Made by a program: the position numbers and the translations under genes. A DNA stretch of 64,000 nucleotides from the human T2T-CHM13v2.0 reference genome, Homo sapiens. This document shows, one piece after another, positions 29,010-42,430 of the stretch. Positions within the stretch are counted from its first letter, which is position 1, and every line of letters starts with the position of its first letter. Location: assembly GCF_009914755.1 (NCBI RefSeq), contig NC_060925.1, one strand, 5' to 3'. The notes beneath the pieces are model-generated. The model was not told the DNA's origin. It did not search any database and saw nothing but the letters and a program-made list of their open reading frames with translations.

Positions 29010-30565
29010 GGTACATGTTTATGTGAGTAATAAAATATTTACTATAACATAAATATAAAGGGAACTTCCCAGTCTACATTATTTTTTTTTCAATAAAGAT
29101 ACAAAGAGAATGCACCGAAACATTGTTTCAAAAAATAATAAAAATAAAATAACAAAATTTAAATTCAAACCTTAACAAACAGAAGAAGAAACGGAGAAGG
29201 GGGAAGCTCCAAACACATCCAGAAAATAAATAGAGATGGGTCAGAAATTCGGAAATCATATTAAAATATCTTTTTCGGATTAGTCAGTGTACAAAATCCT
29301 TTAGGGTAGGAAGGAAGGGTAACCCGGAAAACCAAAAATAAAAACCAAGCACAAAATGTTTCTTCTCCCCGCCAGTGTGTACATATCTCACATATTTACA
29401 TGGTTCCCACCTCACCCCAAACTTGGGGAATTTCTCTCCCGGCCTCCCCTGGCATCCCGCATCCCGGCGGGCTGGAAAGGGAGCAGAGGGAAGCTGCAGG
29501 GAATCAGGCGGAGGGTTCTCAGGGAACGGCTTATTTCTACAGCTGGTTAAAAAACAATCTCTCTAACTTTTCCAAGTTTCGTTTGGTGTGGCCAGGAGGG
29601 CAGGGCCCCGCGGGGAGCAGGGGCCGCGCTATGCGGCGGTCGGTCTGCAGCAGGGCAGAAGCCCCTTCCCGTCTGGGTGTGTGGGAGCGCAGACCCCTCC
29701 GGCGTGGCCGGGAACCAAGCCGGGGCTCGGATGAAACGAAACGAAAAATGAACACTCGAATTTTTTTTGTTAGTTTTTTTTTTTTTTTTTTGCTTTTTTT
29801 TGGGGGGAGGGTAGGGTAGGGAAATATAAGGGGAAAAATAAATTAGGCTAGATTAAAGCTTTGGCTATTTCCTGCTTTTATACACAGACGCGGCTCTCGC
29901 GACCTCCCCTCCGGGGCCCCGATAAATACAGTATACTGCGATTTAAATTAAGGGCGCGGGCGGAGTTAGAAGGACCCCAGGAGCCGAGAGGCTCCACGAA
30001 TAAATAAAAACCGTAAAAAACCAAGCCCGGAGAAAGGGGAAAGCGGGGTGGGGCGCATCCTTATAGGAGAGAAGAGGCGTGTAGCGAATAAAGTGACAGC
30101 CCCCCACCCTGGACCCGCAGGCTCAGGAGTCCACGCGGGGAGAGGGGATGGAGAACTCTCCTCGCTTCGTCCTCTCTCCCGGGGAATCCCTAACCCCGCA
30201 CTGCGTTACCTGTCGCTTTGGGGAGGCCGCTGCCGGGATCCGGCCCCGAACAGCCCGGGGGGGCAGGGGCGGGGGTCGTCGAGGGGATGGGGGCAGAGAG
30301 CAGGCGGCGGGCAGGATGCCCGGGGTGAGTTGGCGAGTTCCGGATCTTCGCTCCTCTCTCCCGGGGCTCGGGCGACGCAGCCTACCGGGCTGTCTTCGCC
30401 GCTCACCGGAGAGGGTCGTCCGGGTGTTTGGTTTTGTTCGAAAGTTTCTGGGCTTTTTTTTTTTTTTGTAAAATCCAAAGCAACCGAACAAAAAGAGTCC
30501 AGGCCGCGCGGGCGGGCTGCGCGCCCGCGCCCTGCAGCGCGCCGGCGGGGGCCCGGCCCGCGGGG
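29010..30565 (-). other. POU3F1: POU3F1 3' UTR (~1.55 kb; 3' end approximate)
   Basis: Repeat-free and U-rich on the - strand, ending abruptly near 29010; variant poly(A) hexamers AGTAAA (29038-29043) and CATAAA (29018-29023) on the - strand. Confidence 0.7.
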
Positions 30566-31921
30566 TCACTGCACTGAGCCGGGCAGTGTGTGGTGGTGGT
30601 GGTGGTGCAGCGCCGCCGGCGGGGGCGGTGGGGGCGCGGAGGGTGGCGATGCGCCGCCCCCGCCAGGCCCTAGCTCCCCAGGCGCGTATACATCGTCCAT
30701 GGGCGGGTGGCCCGCGCCGGCCGCAGGGGTCATGCGCTTCTCCTTCTGCCGCCGGTTGCAGAACCAGACGCGCACCACCTCCTTCTCCAGCTGCAGGCTG
30801 TCTGCCAAGCCGGTGATCTCGTGCGCCGAGGGCTTGGGGCACTTGAGAAAGTGGCTCTCGAGCGCGCCTTTGACCCCCACCTCGATGGACGTGCGCTTCT
30901 TGCGCTTGCGGCCCTGCGCCGCGATCTTGTCCAGGTTGGTGGGGCTGCCGCTGGACGAGTCGGTCTCCTCCAGCCACTTGTTGAGCAGCGGCTTGAGCTT
31001 GCACATGTTCTTGAAGCTCAGCTGCAGGGCCTCGAAGCGGCAGATGGTGGTCTGCGAGAACACGTTACCGTAGAGCGTGCCCAGCGCCAGCCCCACGTCG
31101 GCCTGCGTAAAGCCCAGCTTGATGCGCCGCTGCTTGAACTGCTTGGCGAACTGCTCCAGGTCGTCCGAGCTGGGCGCATCCTCGTCCGAGTGCTCGCCCA
31201 CCGATGAGCCGCCGCCGCCCGCGCCCGGGTGCAGGTGCGCCGCCGCCGCGTGCAGGCCGCCCGCGTGTGCATGTCCGTGTGCGTGTCCGTGGGCGCCCAG
31301 ATGCGGCGGCGGCGACGGCTCCAGCTGCGCCTCGTGGCCATCCTCGTGCAGCGCGTGGTGCAGGCCCGGCCCCGCGCCGCCACCGCCCGCCGCCAGCATC
31401 CCGGCCAGGCCGCCGCCGCCGCCCCCCGGGTAGGCCGCCTGCGCGTACAGCCCGAGCGGCTGGGGCTGGTGGCCCCCGCTGGCCCCGGGCGAGGGCGACA
31501 TGGCCGGGCCCAAGTGGTGCGCTGTGCTGCCCTGCGCCCATGCCGCGCCCGCGTGGGCCGCCCCCTGGTGCACCAGGCGCGCGTGGAAACCTCCGCCGCC
31601 GCCGCCGTCGTCGGCTCGGCCGGTGCCGCCGCCGCCTGCCTTGCCGTGTTCTAGGTGCGGGCCGCCGGCCCAATCGCCGCCGCCGCCTCCTCCCGTGGGT
31701 AGCCACTGGGGGTGCGCTAGGCCCACGGGGTGGCCCGCGCCCGCGCCCAGCCACTCGTGGTGCATCAGCTTCTGCACTTCGCGGTACGCGGCCCCTGCAT
31801 GCAATCGCTCCGCGGCCGCCGCCGCCGCCGCCGCCGCCGCGGCGTCCGGGTGCATAAGCGGCCCGGTGCCCCCGGCTCCGCCACCGGGGCCCCGCGGCAG
31901 GTACTGCGCGGTGGTGGCCAT
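30566..31921 (-). CDS. POU3F1: POU domain class 3 transcription factor 1 (Oct-6/SCIP/Tst-1), intronless, 451 aa
   Basis: [12 protein letters not shown]-terminus in a good Kozak context (ggcATGG); POU-specific domain ([25 protein letters not shown]...[19 protein letters not shown]); POU homeodomain ([10 protein letters not shown]...[15 protein letters not shown]); Ala, Gly, Pro and His tracts; TGA at 30566-30568. Confidence 0.99.
   Translation of the reverse strand: MATTAQYLPRGPGGGAGGTGPLMHPDAAAAAAAAAAAERLHAGAAYREVQKLMHHEWLGAGAGHPVGLAHPQWLPTGGGGGGDWAGGPHLEHGKAGGGGTGRADDGGGGGGFHARLVHQGAAHAGAAWAQGSTAHHLGPAMSPSPGASGGHQPQPLGLYAQAAYPGGGGGGLAGMLAAGGGGAGPGLHHALHEDGHEAQLEPSPPPHLGAHGHAHGHAHAGGLHAAAAHLHPGAGGGGSSVGEHSDEDAPSSDDLEQFAKQFKQRRIKLGFTQADVGLALGTLYGNVFSQTTICRFEALQLSFKNMCKLKPLLNKWLEETDSSSGSPTNLDKIAAQGRKRKKRTSIEVGVKGALESHFLKCPKPSAHEITGLADSLQLEKEVVRVWFCNRRQKEKRMTPAAGAGHPPMDDVYAPGELGPGGGGASPPSAPPPPPPAALHHHHHHTLPGSVQ
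31811..31843 (-). repeat. Coding polyalanine repeat (11 Ala, with 8 uninterrupted GCG) in POU3F1
   Basis: GCC-(GCG)8-GCC-GCG on the - strand. Confidence 0.95.
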
Positions 31922-31959
31922 GCCGCCCCGCGCCCTGCGCCGCGCCGCCGCCGCCGCTC

Positions 31960-32265
31960 CGCTCCGTCTGCGGGCCCCGCCGCCTCGCTCCGCCGGCTTA
32001 AAGCCCCGACCCGCTCGGCGCTCCGGAGCCCCACCCCGCCCGCCGCCCATTGGCTGCCCGCGGAGCTGCCTCCCGCCTCCCCTGCCCGGCCCCCGCCCCG
32101 CGCGCCCGCCCGCCACCCTGCCCGGCCGCCCAGAGCTCTCCATTGGGCGTCGCTCCCGGGGTCCCGCGCGCCGGCCGTGCTGATTGGCCGCTGGGGCTTC
32201 ATTCACGGCCCCCCTACCGTCCGCGTACACACTCACGCCCCGGGGGCGCGGCCGCCACGTGGGGA
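31960..32265 (-). promoter_or_regulatory. POU3F1 proximal promoter
   Basis: TATA-like CTTTAAG (31997-32003) ~80 nt above the ATG; three CCAAT boxes on the - strand (32049-32053, 32142-32146, 32183-32187); GC boxes (32091-32100); CACGTG E-box (32256-32261). Confidence 0.8.
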
Positions 32266-32489
32266 GTGGCGCGGGGGTGGCCCTGGGACCGCACCCCCTC
32301 TCGTCCTGGCTGTGTGGGCCCCGCTTTCCCCCAGCGCTGGAGACTCCGAGCCCGGCCGGTCCCACATTCCACGCGAGCTGAATTCCCGCCCGCATCCCGC
32401 CCGGGCAGCAGGGATTGCCGGCTCCGGGAGGCGCTCGGGCTCCGAGAAGCGGCTCAGCCCCGCGCCCCTCCCTCCTCAGTACCGCTGCC

Positions 32490-32792
32490 GGCGGACCAGG
32501 ATTCCCGCGGGTCCTGGCGGCTGCGAGCGCGAGGCGGCGCGGATTCGCGGCTCGGTTCCGGCGCGACTGCTCACCGCGCCCGCCTCGCCTCCCGCGGCTG
32601 CCAGCGTGCACTGGGCGCTCCTCGGCGCGTCTGCCCGGCCCGTCTCGGCTTTCCTTCTCCTTCCTCTAGTCCCAGCGTCACAACTCCGCCGACCTCCTCT
32701 GCCCTGAGAGCGCGTCCGGTGCGGGCGGAGTCGGACGGACTCTGGCTTCACGCCTCGCGCGGGCACACCTTCTCCCGGGCACTGAGGCCCAG
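32490..32792 (+). ncRNA. MIR3659HG: Probable first exon of a lncRNA divergent from POU3F1 (start approximate)
   Basis: Perfect consensus donor CAG|GTGAGT at 32792/32793 near the edge of the CpG island. The symbol comes from my recollection of a head-to-head host gene at this locus and cannot be shown from the sequence. Confidence 0.5.
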
Positions 32793-34445
32793 GTGAGTAC
32801 CGCGCGGGCAGCTGGGGCTGGGACGGCGGGCGGCAGCGGTTCTACAGTCCTACGCGAGCCCCTGGTACCCGGCCGCGCTCCGGGGTTCCAGAAGGAGAAG
32901 ATCTCGAGGTGGAGACTGTGGCTCCGGGGAAAACGCTGCTGGCAAGGGCGCTAGTTGGGGGTGGACGTTGGGCCCAGGGGTATCTGACCTGCGCCGCTGC
33001 AGCCTTCTCGCTCCTTCTCCCAGCTTGAACGGCTCATCGGCTGTGGTCGTGGTGGGATCACGCCCCGGGAGAGGAGAAGGATGGGCTCAGGGAAGGGGCT
33101 CGGGCTCTCCAGAAATCCGGCGTGCAGGCCGGGAGCTGTCCAGCCTCGCTAAGAGCCCTGGGCTAGAGTTTGCCCGGACTTGCCTGGAGCTGCTGAAAAG
33201 GGAATTGAGATTGAGGAGGCCTTGTTGGAAAGGTGGGCAGTGGAATTTAGCTACCTCCTCACGCCCCAGCCCTTGAGGACTCCCTGAAGGATCTTGAGTG
33301 GAGTCGGACCTCACTGCAGTTCCTTTGTGCCTTCTTACCCGACCTTGGGCCCCAGGCTGAGGGTACTGAGCTGTGTTTTCTCCTCTTCCCCACACCGAGG
33401 CTTGGGTCCCAGGGAGTCTTCAGCTGCCAGTCCTCCCTCTTTTCTCTCCTGGATCTAGCCTCAAGTGGATTTATAGCTTACAGGGCCCTGGGGTCCCAGA
33501 TCACAGAACTGAGCTGGGGGCCCACCTAGGGCCCCACTGGGCAAATCAGGTCTGTGGAATAAATCCTTAGATTGAAAAAAGTTGCTGGGGGCTCAGGTGG
33601 CAGCTGCCATTGGAACGATCCAGGGCGGCTGGGACAGAGTTGACAGTGACAGGGGTCACCCTGGGCACAGACTTTGATCATGTGGGCCCTGAATGCCCTA
33701 GGACCAGCCAGGGAAGGAGTGGGACAGAGCAGGGCCCTTATCCTGCCATTGGCCACTGTCCTGAGCAGGCTCCGTGGTCCCACCCTAGCTGTAAGAGCTG
33801 CGATGGAGCTCTGTGTCTGAACCGAGCTAGAGATACTGGGCTTTCCTGGACTCTGGCCCAGGGAATGGTCACCTTGAGGCAGCCCAGGTCTTTCACCTTT
33901 CCCAGGCCTGGGAGGTAGGAGGAAGACTGGGAATTCCGCAGTGAAGTCCATGCTCGTGCCAGCCCTAACCAGGCCTGTGTGATATTGAAGCTTGGGCTTT
34001 CAACCTGGAGCTGCCATCATCTCCCTGGGCAAGAGTAACTCTGGTCTAGCCTTCCTAGCTCTTGGTTTTCCTTCCTGTATGTTGGGAATAACAGTACTAT
34101 AGGCAGCCCACCTGTCTCACTAAGGTAGGTCAGATAGTTATGTGAGACAACGGGGGTGTAAAGCTCTCAGATAGGTGTTTACTTTGGTCGTTTCCATTGT
34201 TGCTGTTCAGTGACAGGCAAGGCATTCCCCCTCTCTAACTAAATCTCAGTTTCTCCACCTGTAGCGTGGGATTGCAGAGGTTTGGACCAGTCGACCTCTC
34301 TGGCACTTCTCACTCTCATGGTCTGTGATTCTGTGAATCTGTCTCAGTTCCTGTTGAAGGAAGTCTGGACAGCGGGCAGGTGTTTTGATTTCCAGCCTTT
34401 GGAATTGCCACTGAGGCTGGAAGAACAATGACCAACAGGCACGGA

Positions 34446-34525
34446 TTTTTTTTTTTTTTTTAAATTATACTTTAAGTTCTGGGATACATGAACAGAATGT
34501 GCAGGTTTGTTACATAGGTATACAT
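34446..34525 (-). mobile_element. Extremely 5'-truncated L1PA (~80 bp: 3' end plus poly-A)
   Basis: T-tract followed by aaattatactttaagttctgggatacatg...gtgcaggtttgttacataggtataca; TSD acaggcacgg / acaggcacag. Confidence 0.85.
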
Positions 34526-35432
34526 ACAGGCACAGTGTTTTAGCAAGTACTTTTACCTGTACCACTCAGCCCTGTGAGAGAGCACTGAGATTATTATCTT
34601 CATTGCCTAGATGAGGGACCCAAAATTTGTCCAAGGGCACAGGACCTGTGAGTTTTCACTCATCATTCCCCTCATTACCGTGGGATGGGGGTCTATGGAG
34701 GCAGCAGCTTTGGCTGGCACAGCAAAGAGAGCCCTTGGCCCTGTTTCTGGTAGGTCTCAAGGGCAGGCCAGGGCCTGCTGGGGCTCCTGAAACCGTCTTC
34801 CCATGTCTGTGCTGAATTGAGGGGCATCAGCAGTAGAGCAGTAGCGAGGCTTCTAGGTTATCAGCTTGTCACCCAGCAAATCAAAGTCCCAATCCCACCA
34901 TGTCCTTTAGCAGCCCTGTGACTTTGTGTGAGCCACATTGCCTCTTGGAGCCTAAGTTTGTGCATCTTACAGTGAGAACAATAATGCCTGCTTTTCAGGA
35001 TTGCTCTGAGGCTCCACAGATGAAATAAGGCATGCAATTTAGGTGCCCTTTAAATGTTAGATGCTGGCCTGGGCTGGAAAGCAGTTTGAAGCAGGAAAGA
35101 TATAATTCTTTTCTCTGCTTTGGAAATTTTAGACCTTCTACAGGGATATGGGTTTGGTCTTGAGTCAGAATTTTCTTGTGTTTGAGTTAAGTTTCCCCCA
35201 GGAAGTCTTGACATCACTCTTAAGATTCTGTGTGGGACACTAGGGCTGAGACATGGCCACTGGTAGAAACATCTGCAGCTGAGCAACCCCTTTGTCCTGC
35301 AGCACCACCTTCTTAGGCCCTGGGGAGAACTCATCCTCAGACCCACAACACGTAGGCAGGGTGTACACACAGAGGTCAGACATCCACGTGACCCATGCAG
35401 ACACAGAGTGGTGTGGGCATGAGAACAGGTGT

Positions 35433-35433
<1 letters not shown>

Positions 35434-35468
<35 letters not shown>
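35434..35468. repeat. (CA)n microsatellite
   Basis: Seen directly. Confidence 0.95.
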
Positions 35469-35471
<3 letters not shown>

Positions 35472-38400
35472 TACAACCATGCAATTTAGCACAGGACTGA
35501 ATGTACGGATTCACAATAGGAACACACAAACTTGCACCATTAGGCTGAATATTGATAGTCACACAAAGCAACACCCAGTGGTAAATACAGGCATGTGTCT
35601 AAATGGGGAGATACACAGAACCCACACATAGGCTGAAATAGGCTGAAGTAGGCACTGCTTTGCTGACACAGAGATACATGAAACCTAACAGGCTCTTGGG
35701 GCCACAAACATGGAGACTCTCAGCTGGTGTGCCGAGTCACACACATAGGCATACCATCATACTCACACACAAGAGCACGTGGAGCCAGCCATGCACACCC
35801 TCTCACCCAGATGCACAAAGAGGCTTACCCCACACATCACAGAGACACACAGACATATCTACCCACACCCTGTAAGAAATAACAGATCCGCTCAGGGGAT
35901 CAGAAAGCAGAGGAAAGGGCTGTGTCCAACCCAGAGTTTGGTCCACATGGTTTGGTTGCAGCGCTAGGCCCAAGGCTTTTCTTTTCATATTTTTTCCCAC
36001 TCTCCTTTTCTGTGGAGTGCAGCTCCCAGCCAGGCCGCCGCCAGTTTCAGAGTCTCCCGGGCCTCCCTCCCCAGTGGGGCCTCTGCCCAGCCCGCCCCCA
36101 GGCAGGAGCTGCTTGGGCTTTCCCAGAGCACAGCAGCCTCCTCCAGGCTCTGGAGTGTGACCGAGCGCCTACTCATTTGACACAGGTCACCGAGCCTCCA
36201 GCAGATGGGGCCCTCGCTGTGGGGGGTCTCTGAGCCGGGGGCTGTGGGGGGCTGGGAGTAGGAGGGAGGCTCTGCAGGGATGGACAGGCTACACAAGCTC
36301 CAGCTCCTTATACTCTTTCTGCAAAGCCCCGGGTTACAGACGTGGGACCTAGAATACAACTATACTCACGAGTCAGTCGTCATCAGCACCCTGGCGGCCA
36401 CATACACAGGGCAGTATTCCAGACACACATCCCAGGTGTCAGGGGGCCTAACAATGGCACGCCGAGCACAGCTTTGGGAAGGAGAAAGAGGAAGAGCCTT
36501 GCTCAGCGTCTCCTGGAGGCAGCTGGGTCTGGCTGCTTTCCCCCTTTGGTCTCTGAGCCCCCGAGCTCTCTTCTGTGAGTTGGTCAGTTGGTTAGGAGTC
36601 CAGGATGGGTTGAGAGCAGATGCAGTTTCAGACCTCAGGCCTTTTCAGTGCTGGGGGAAGACAGGCTCCAGGATGCTCCACCTGGATTCCTCACAAGTCA
36701 GGAATGCTAAGAGATGAAGAGGAGAGATGGGGCCCATGGGAAGTGCTGCCGGACAGGCTGTGTATCTTAGGATGCCTCCCGCATGCATGGACTTTGAGTC
36801 TTTGAGGCTGGCTGGACCGGGGCAGCACTCGCGGGCCACTTCCTTTCCCTCCTGGCAGTCTCCTTATGCCCTGGATCTTGCCTTTTCAGAGTGGCCTGGC
36901 TTGGCAGTAAAGGGTCCTGGGTTCCATCTTGGCCCTGACTCAGGCCTCATTTTGGGCCAGTGTCAGCCTCCTAACCCTCTGTATCCTCATCTGAAAGTTG
37001 GGCAATATGGTCTCTGTTGGCTGCTTGAGAAGATGGGGGTGAGATCACTGCTTGAAGAAAACTTGGAAAGGGAAAGTGTGGCTTGATTTCCCTCCCTGGC
37101 CGGCCATCTGGGGTGGGTAAGAGGCTGTGTGAGCAGGCGTGGAACCTGCCTGCTCCCCTAACCAGTTCTTGCTAAAGAGTGTCAGGAGGGACCACGCCCA
37201 CTGGGGCTTGCTGCCCGCGCATTCTGAGCTGCAATGTGGTTTTGACTGGAAGAGTCTGGCAGGGTCCTAGCTGTCATAAATTCCCAGTCTTAGGAGGGTG
37301 CCAGGGTCATCTTATTGATCCACTGCCTTGGCGAGGGTGGGTGCCATCTAGACAGATTTGTAGTGCTTGCCACCATCCTAAAGCTCTCCCCGCATAGGAT
37401 GAGCTCACCCTTCTGAGCCCTCAAAGCCCCTACGTCTCTCCCTCTAAGCTCAGCCCCTTCAGGTGTCCAGTTCTTCTGTCCTTCCTGTAATCTTTAGAGC
37501 CCAAGGCAGAAGAGAGGAGTAGTAGTAGGGCCGTCGCTGCCTTTGGCAGAAGAGAAAGGAGCGATCTAACTTATTTAATCTCAGGTCTTGGTGAAGGGAA
37601 GGAGGGACAGAAGGTGAAATATCTCTTTGGGAAGAATCTTTCCTTGTATTTTTGTTTTCCTGCCTCAGCCCCTAGGCTGTGGGTGTGGGTAGGGGTCCTC
37701 CCAGAGTGTCAGTAGAATATTCAAATTAGGGGTGGTCAATTGCTCTTGAAATTTACTTTCATTTTTAGCAGAATGTCAGCCTTTGAGCTGGTGTTAATGC
37801 CCACAATCCGGTTATGCAGAACACGCTCTCTGCAAATCGGTAAATCATTAGTGGGGATTAATCAACTCTGAAAGGCTGGGGCTAGGCTTTAGTTTCTTTC
37901 TTTCTTTCTTTCTTTTTTTTAAAACATACTTTTTATCCGGATGGCTGCAAAATTCACCATCACAGGATAGGGTGGGAGCAGGGGATGATAATTTAAGTCC
38001 TTGTCACCATCATTAGAAAAGTGAGATACCTTTCTGGGCCTTGGGTTGACTTTGTAGTCCAATTGAAGGGTGGGAGTAGGCAGTTTGGGTGGGGTGGGAG
38101 GAAGGGAGGGCAGTTCCCTTGTGATTATATGTGTTATGATGTTTATAATAGTGTGTAGGTGGCTTGGTGTGCTTGTATATATGGTGACTTTATGTTAGCA
38201 TGCTTGCATGAATTCATACGTTTCTACTTTAGAGATGCCCATTTATGTGCTTGTGTTAGGGTGCTTTTGCTTGGTTTGTATTAGTGTCAGACACTTGGTT
38301 TGTAATTGTGTCAGACAGTACTTCCGTTTGAGAGTGTTTTGGGATACTGTTTTATTGTGTGTGTGAGTACTTCCCCTCTGGTGGGAGACCACATCTCACC

Positions 38401-39477
38401 CTCCTCAGCCTCAGGGTAGCTCCCTAGGGGAGGAAGGTAGAACAGGAGGGCAGTCCCAACCAGCACCTGCTGGGGGGGTGTGGCTCAAGGTTGATTTGCA
38501 TATTCATGAGCTAGCTGCCTGGTGGCTTGGGGAGCTCTCCTCTTGAAGAGACTCAGTCTGAGCCCAAGTGGGAGACCTCTTAGGGCAGATAGGGAGGTCA
38601 GGCTCTCACTGTTAACACCTCTTACTCCCCAGTCTCAGGTATAGTGGCTGCCTCCACCCCATGGCTCAGGAACCTCCAAAACCCGCAGTTCCTGAAACCT
38701 GACCTCTGCATAGCCACAGTACACATAATTCTAGCTTCCAATAGGGATAAGAGTGATGTGGCCGCTCCTATCAGGAAGCTGTCAGTTCCTGGACGCTCCT
38801 GTGGGGGATCTTGGGGAAGGAAGCTTATTCTTCCAGCCAGGATCAAGCTGATAAATGGGACCATCTCCCCATTCTCTGTTCACACTGGATCAGCCTCCTT
38901 ATTCCTCTCCTTCTCCCTAGCTTAATGCAGCCCAGCTTTGGAGTAGTAATTACCTTCACATGACCCAGTAATCATATTCCCTGGGTGTTGAGCAGAGCAT
39001 GTGTGTACGGGGATGAGGTCACAGGACTTTCCCTTCCCCTCTAGTCACAGAGTGTGAGGTTTGAGGTGGGATTTAATGGGCCTGGTCCTTACATCAACCC
39101 ACATTTTCCTCTAACCACCCCCACCTCCCTCTCCCAATATAGGGTCAGCTTGGCTAGCCTGGGCATCACCGTTTGCTACTCCCCAGATGGCACAGGTGCC
39201 CTGTACTCCTGTACATGTGCCTCGTTCATCATCCCACTGTATGTCTCCCCACGCCTCCAATGTAGTAGTCTAGCTTGTAGTCAGGGGGAAGAATGGAATG
39301 ATACAACTACTTGGCTTTTGCAAGGTGGGAAGGTCTGGGGAGAGTTGTCTGGGCTCATTGCTGACCTTTCTCAGCTTTCTTGGGGGGTAGCAGGTGGAGG
39401 GTGGAAGTGGTGAAGGAGGATTTAGGAATTATATTTTCCCAGGGACCTCTCAGCATCTTTATATATCTCTCGTGGCA

Positions 39478-39745
39478 GACATCTGTCTGAGCTTAGGGTA
39501 GCATCTGCCTAGGCTAGGGACAACATCTGTTTGAGGCTGGGACACCTGGCTGAGCCCAGCACATTATCTGGCCCTGGGACAGCTTCTGTCTGAGCTCAGG
39601 ACATGTGTTTGAACCTGGCACAACATCTGTCTGGGCCTGGTACATCATCTTCCTGGCCTGGGGGCAATGTCTGTTTGAGCCCTGGATGTGTGTTTAACTT
39701 GGGGACGTCTGCTGGGCCTGGAACAATACCTGTCTGAGCCTGGGG
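39478..39745. repeat. Degenerate ~20-22 bp minisatellite, ~13 units
   Basis: Recurring unit close to CAACATCTGTCTGAGCCTGGGA. Confidence 0.75.
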
Positions 39746-40060
39746 ATGGACTTGTCATTGCAGATAAAATCACCCCTGAGCCTCAACTTTGGTTTGTGGC
39801 TGAACACAGAGTGTGTGCAGGGCTCATGTCCCTGTTCTCCTTTCTACCGAGGAACGGGATCTTAGGTGGAATGCCTCAGTTTACCTTCAATTGTAGGTCC
39901 ATTGGCCTGGTTGCTCTGGGTACCTCGAGCACTGGACAAAGCCTACAACCCCAGTGGCTCTGGGAAACCAAAGTCAAAAGAACGCATGAGGGGATCGATA
40001 GGTTATAAAATCCAGTGACCGGTCTAGGATGATTCTCCCTTTCTCCAATCCCTCATCTAG

Positions 40061-40693
<633 letters not shown>

Positions 40694-41449
40694 TGAGCTC
40701 TGGGGCTCCGGGACTGGATCTGCTTCACCTCTATCCCCCAGCACCCAGCTCAATTCCCGGTCTATAGTACTCACCAATAAAGAATGCCTGTTGAATGACC
40801 ATAGGTTGTGCCCCTGTGATCTCATTTCCTTCTTTTTTAAAAATGAGGGCTTAGAGGGATACTGTAGACACTGGTTTGCAGTCTCAGAAGAAGTGGGCTT
40901 CAGAGAAGAGGGCATGTCTTTTTCATACCTGGTTGGTTGACTGTAGCCAAAAGCGCTGGGTAATGGACCCAGAGTGCCCTGGACAAGAGCCTGGTGGAGG
41001 CTTGTCCTGCCCAAGGTTCTTTATCGGTGAAGTGAAGTGAAGGTCAGGGGGCAGCAATGAATCCAGACATAATAGCCTCTCTGTGGGCTGCAGGGATGGG
41101 ACTAAGTCTAATAAGGAGGACTGTGTCGGGCAAATGTCAGGACCTTGACCTGGGACCAAACCCAACTCCTTGGGGGCAGGTGGGAGAATAGAGGCCTGGC
41201 TCAGCACGAATGGAGAAGTTACAGGGTTCCTAGGTATGCTCGTCTTGCCAGAGAGAGAAAGTCACAAAAAGTTTTATCAATATCAACGTTGTATCCAGAG
41301 CAAGGTGCTCTCACTGGTCAGGACACCCTGGCACCTGGCCAGCTTCAGAGGGACATGGATCCCTAGGAATGTGTATGGGGAGAAAGGCCAGAATAGGGGG
41401 GCATGTGGAACCATGAAGAGGTAGCTGAGAAGTGAATGTTCCGAGGACA

Positions 41450-42430
<981 letters not shown>

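Larger units (their letters stand above)
29450..33130. promoter_or_regulatory. CpG island spanning POU3F1 and its probably bidirectional promoter
   Basis: Very high GC and dense CpG over ~3.6 kb, against CpG-depleted flanks. Confidence 0.9.

Noticed and set aside
29029-30007. Many + strand AATAAA hexamers suggesting an antisense transcript end
   Set aside because: Better explained as the complement of U-rich elements in the POU3F1 3' UTR.
31922-32611. 230-codon in-frame extension upstream of the POU3F1 ATG (681-aa ORF)
   Set aside because: It runs through the TATA-like and CCAAT promoter elements, and its two internal ATGs are simply CCAAT-G boxes. Stop-free frames are expected at this GC content.
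30048-32796. Multiple 200-340 aa overlapping or antisense ORFs around POU3F1
   Set aside because: Low-complexity Arg/Pro/Gly/Ala shadows of a very GC-rich CDS and CpG island, with no recognisable domains.
39478-39745. Regularly spaced repeats considered as a CRISPR-like array
   Set aside because: Human DNA; the units are contiguous and degenerate with no unique spacers and no cas genes.
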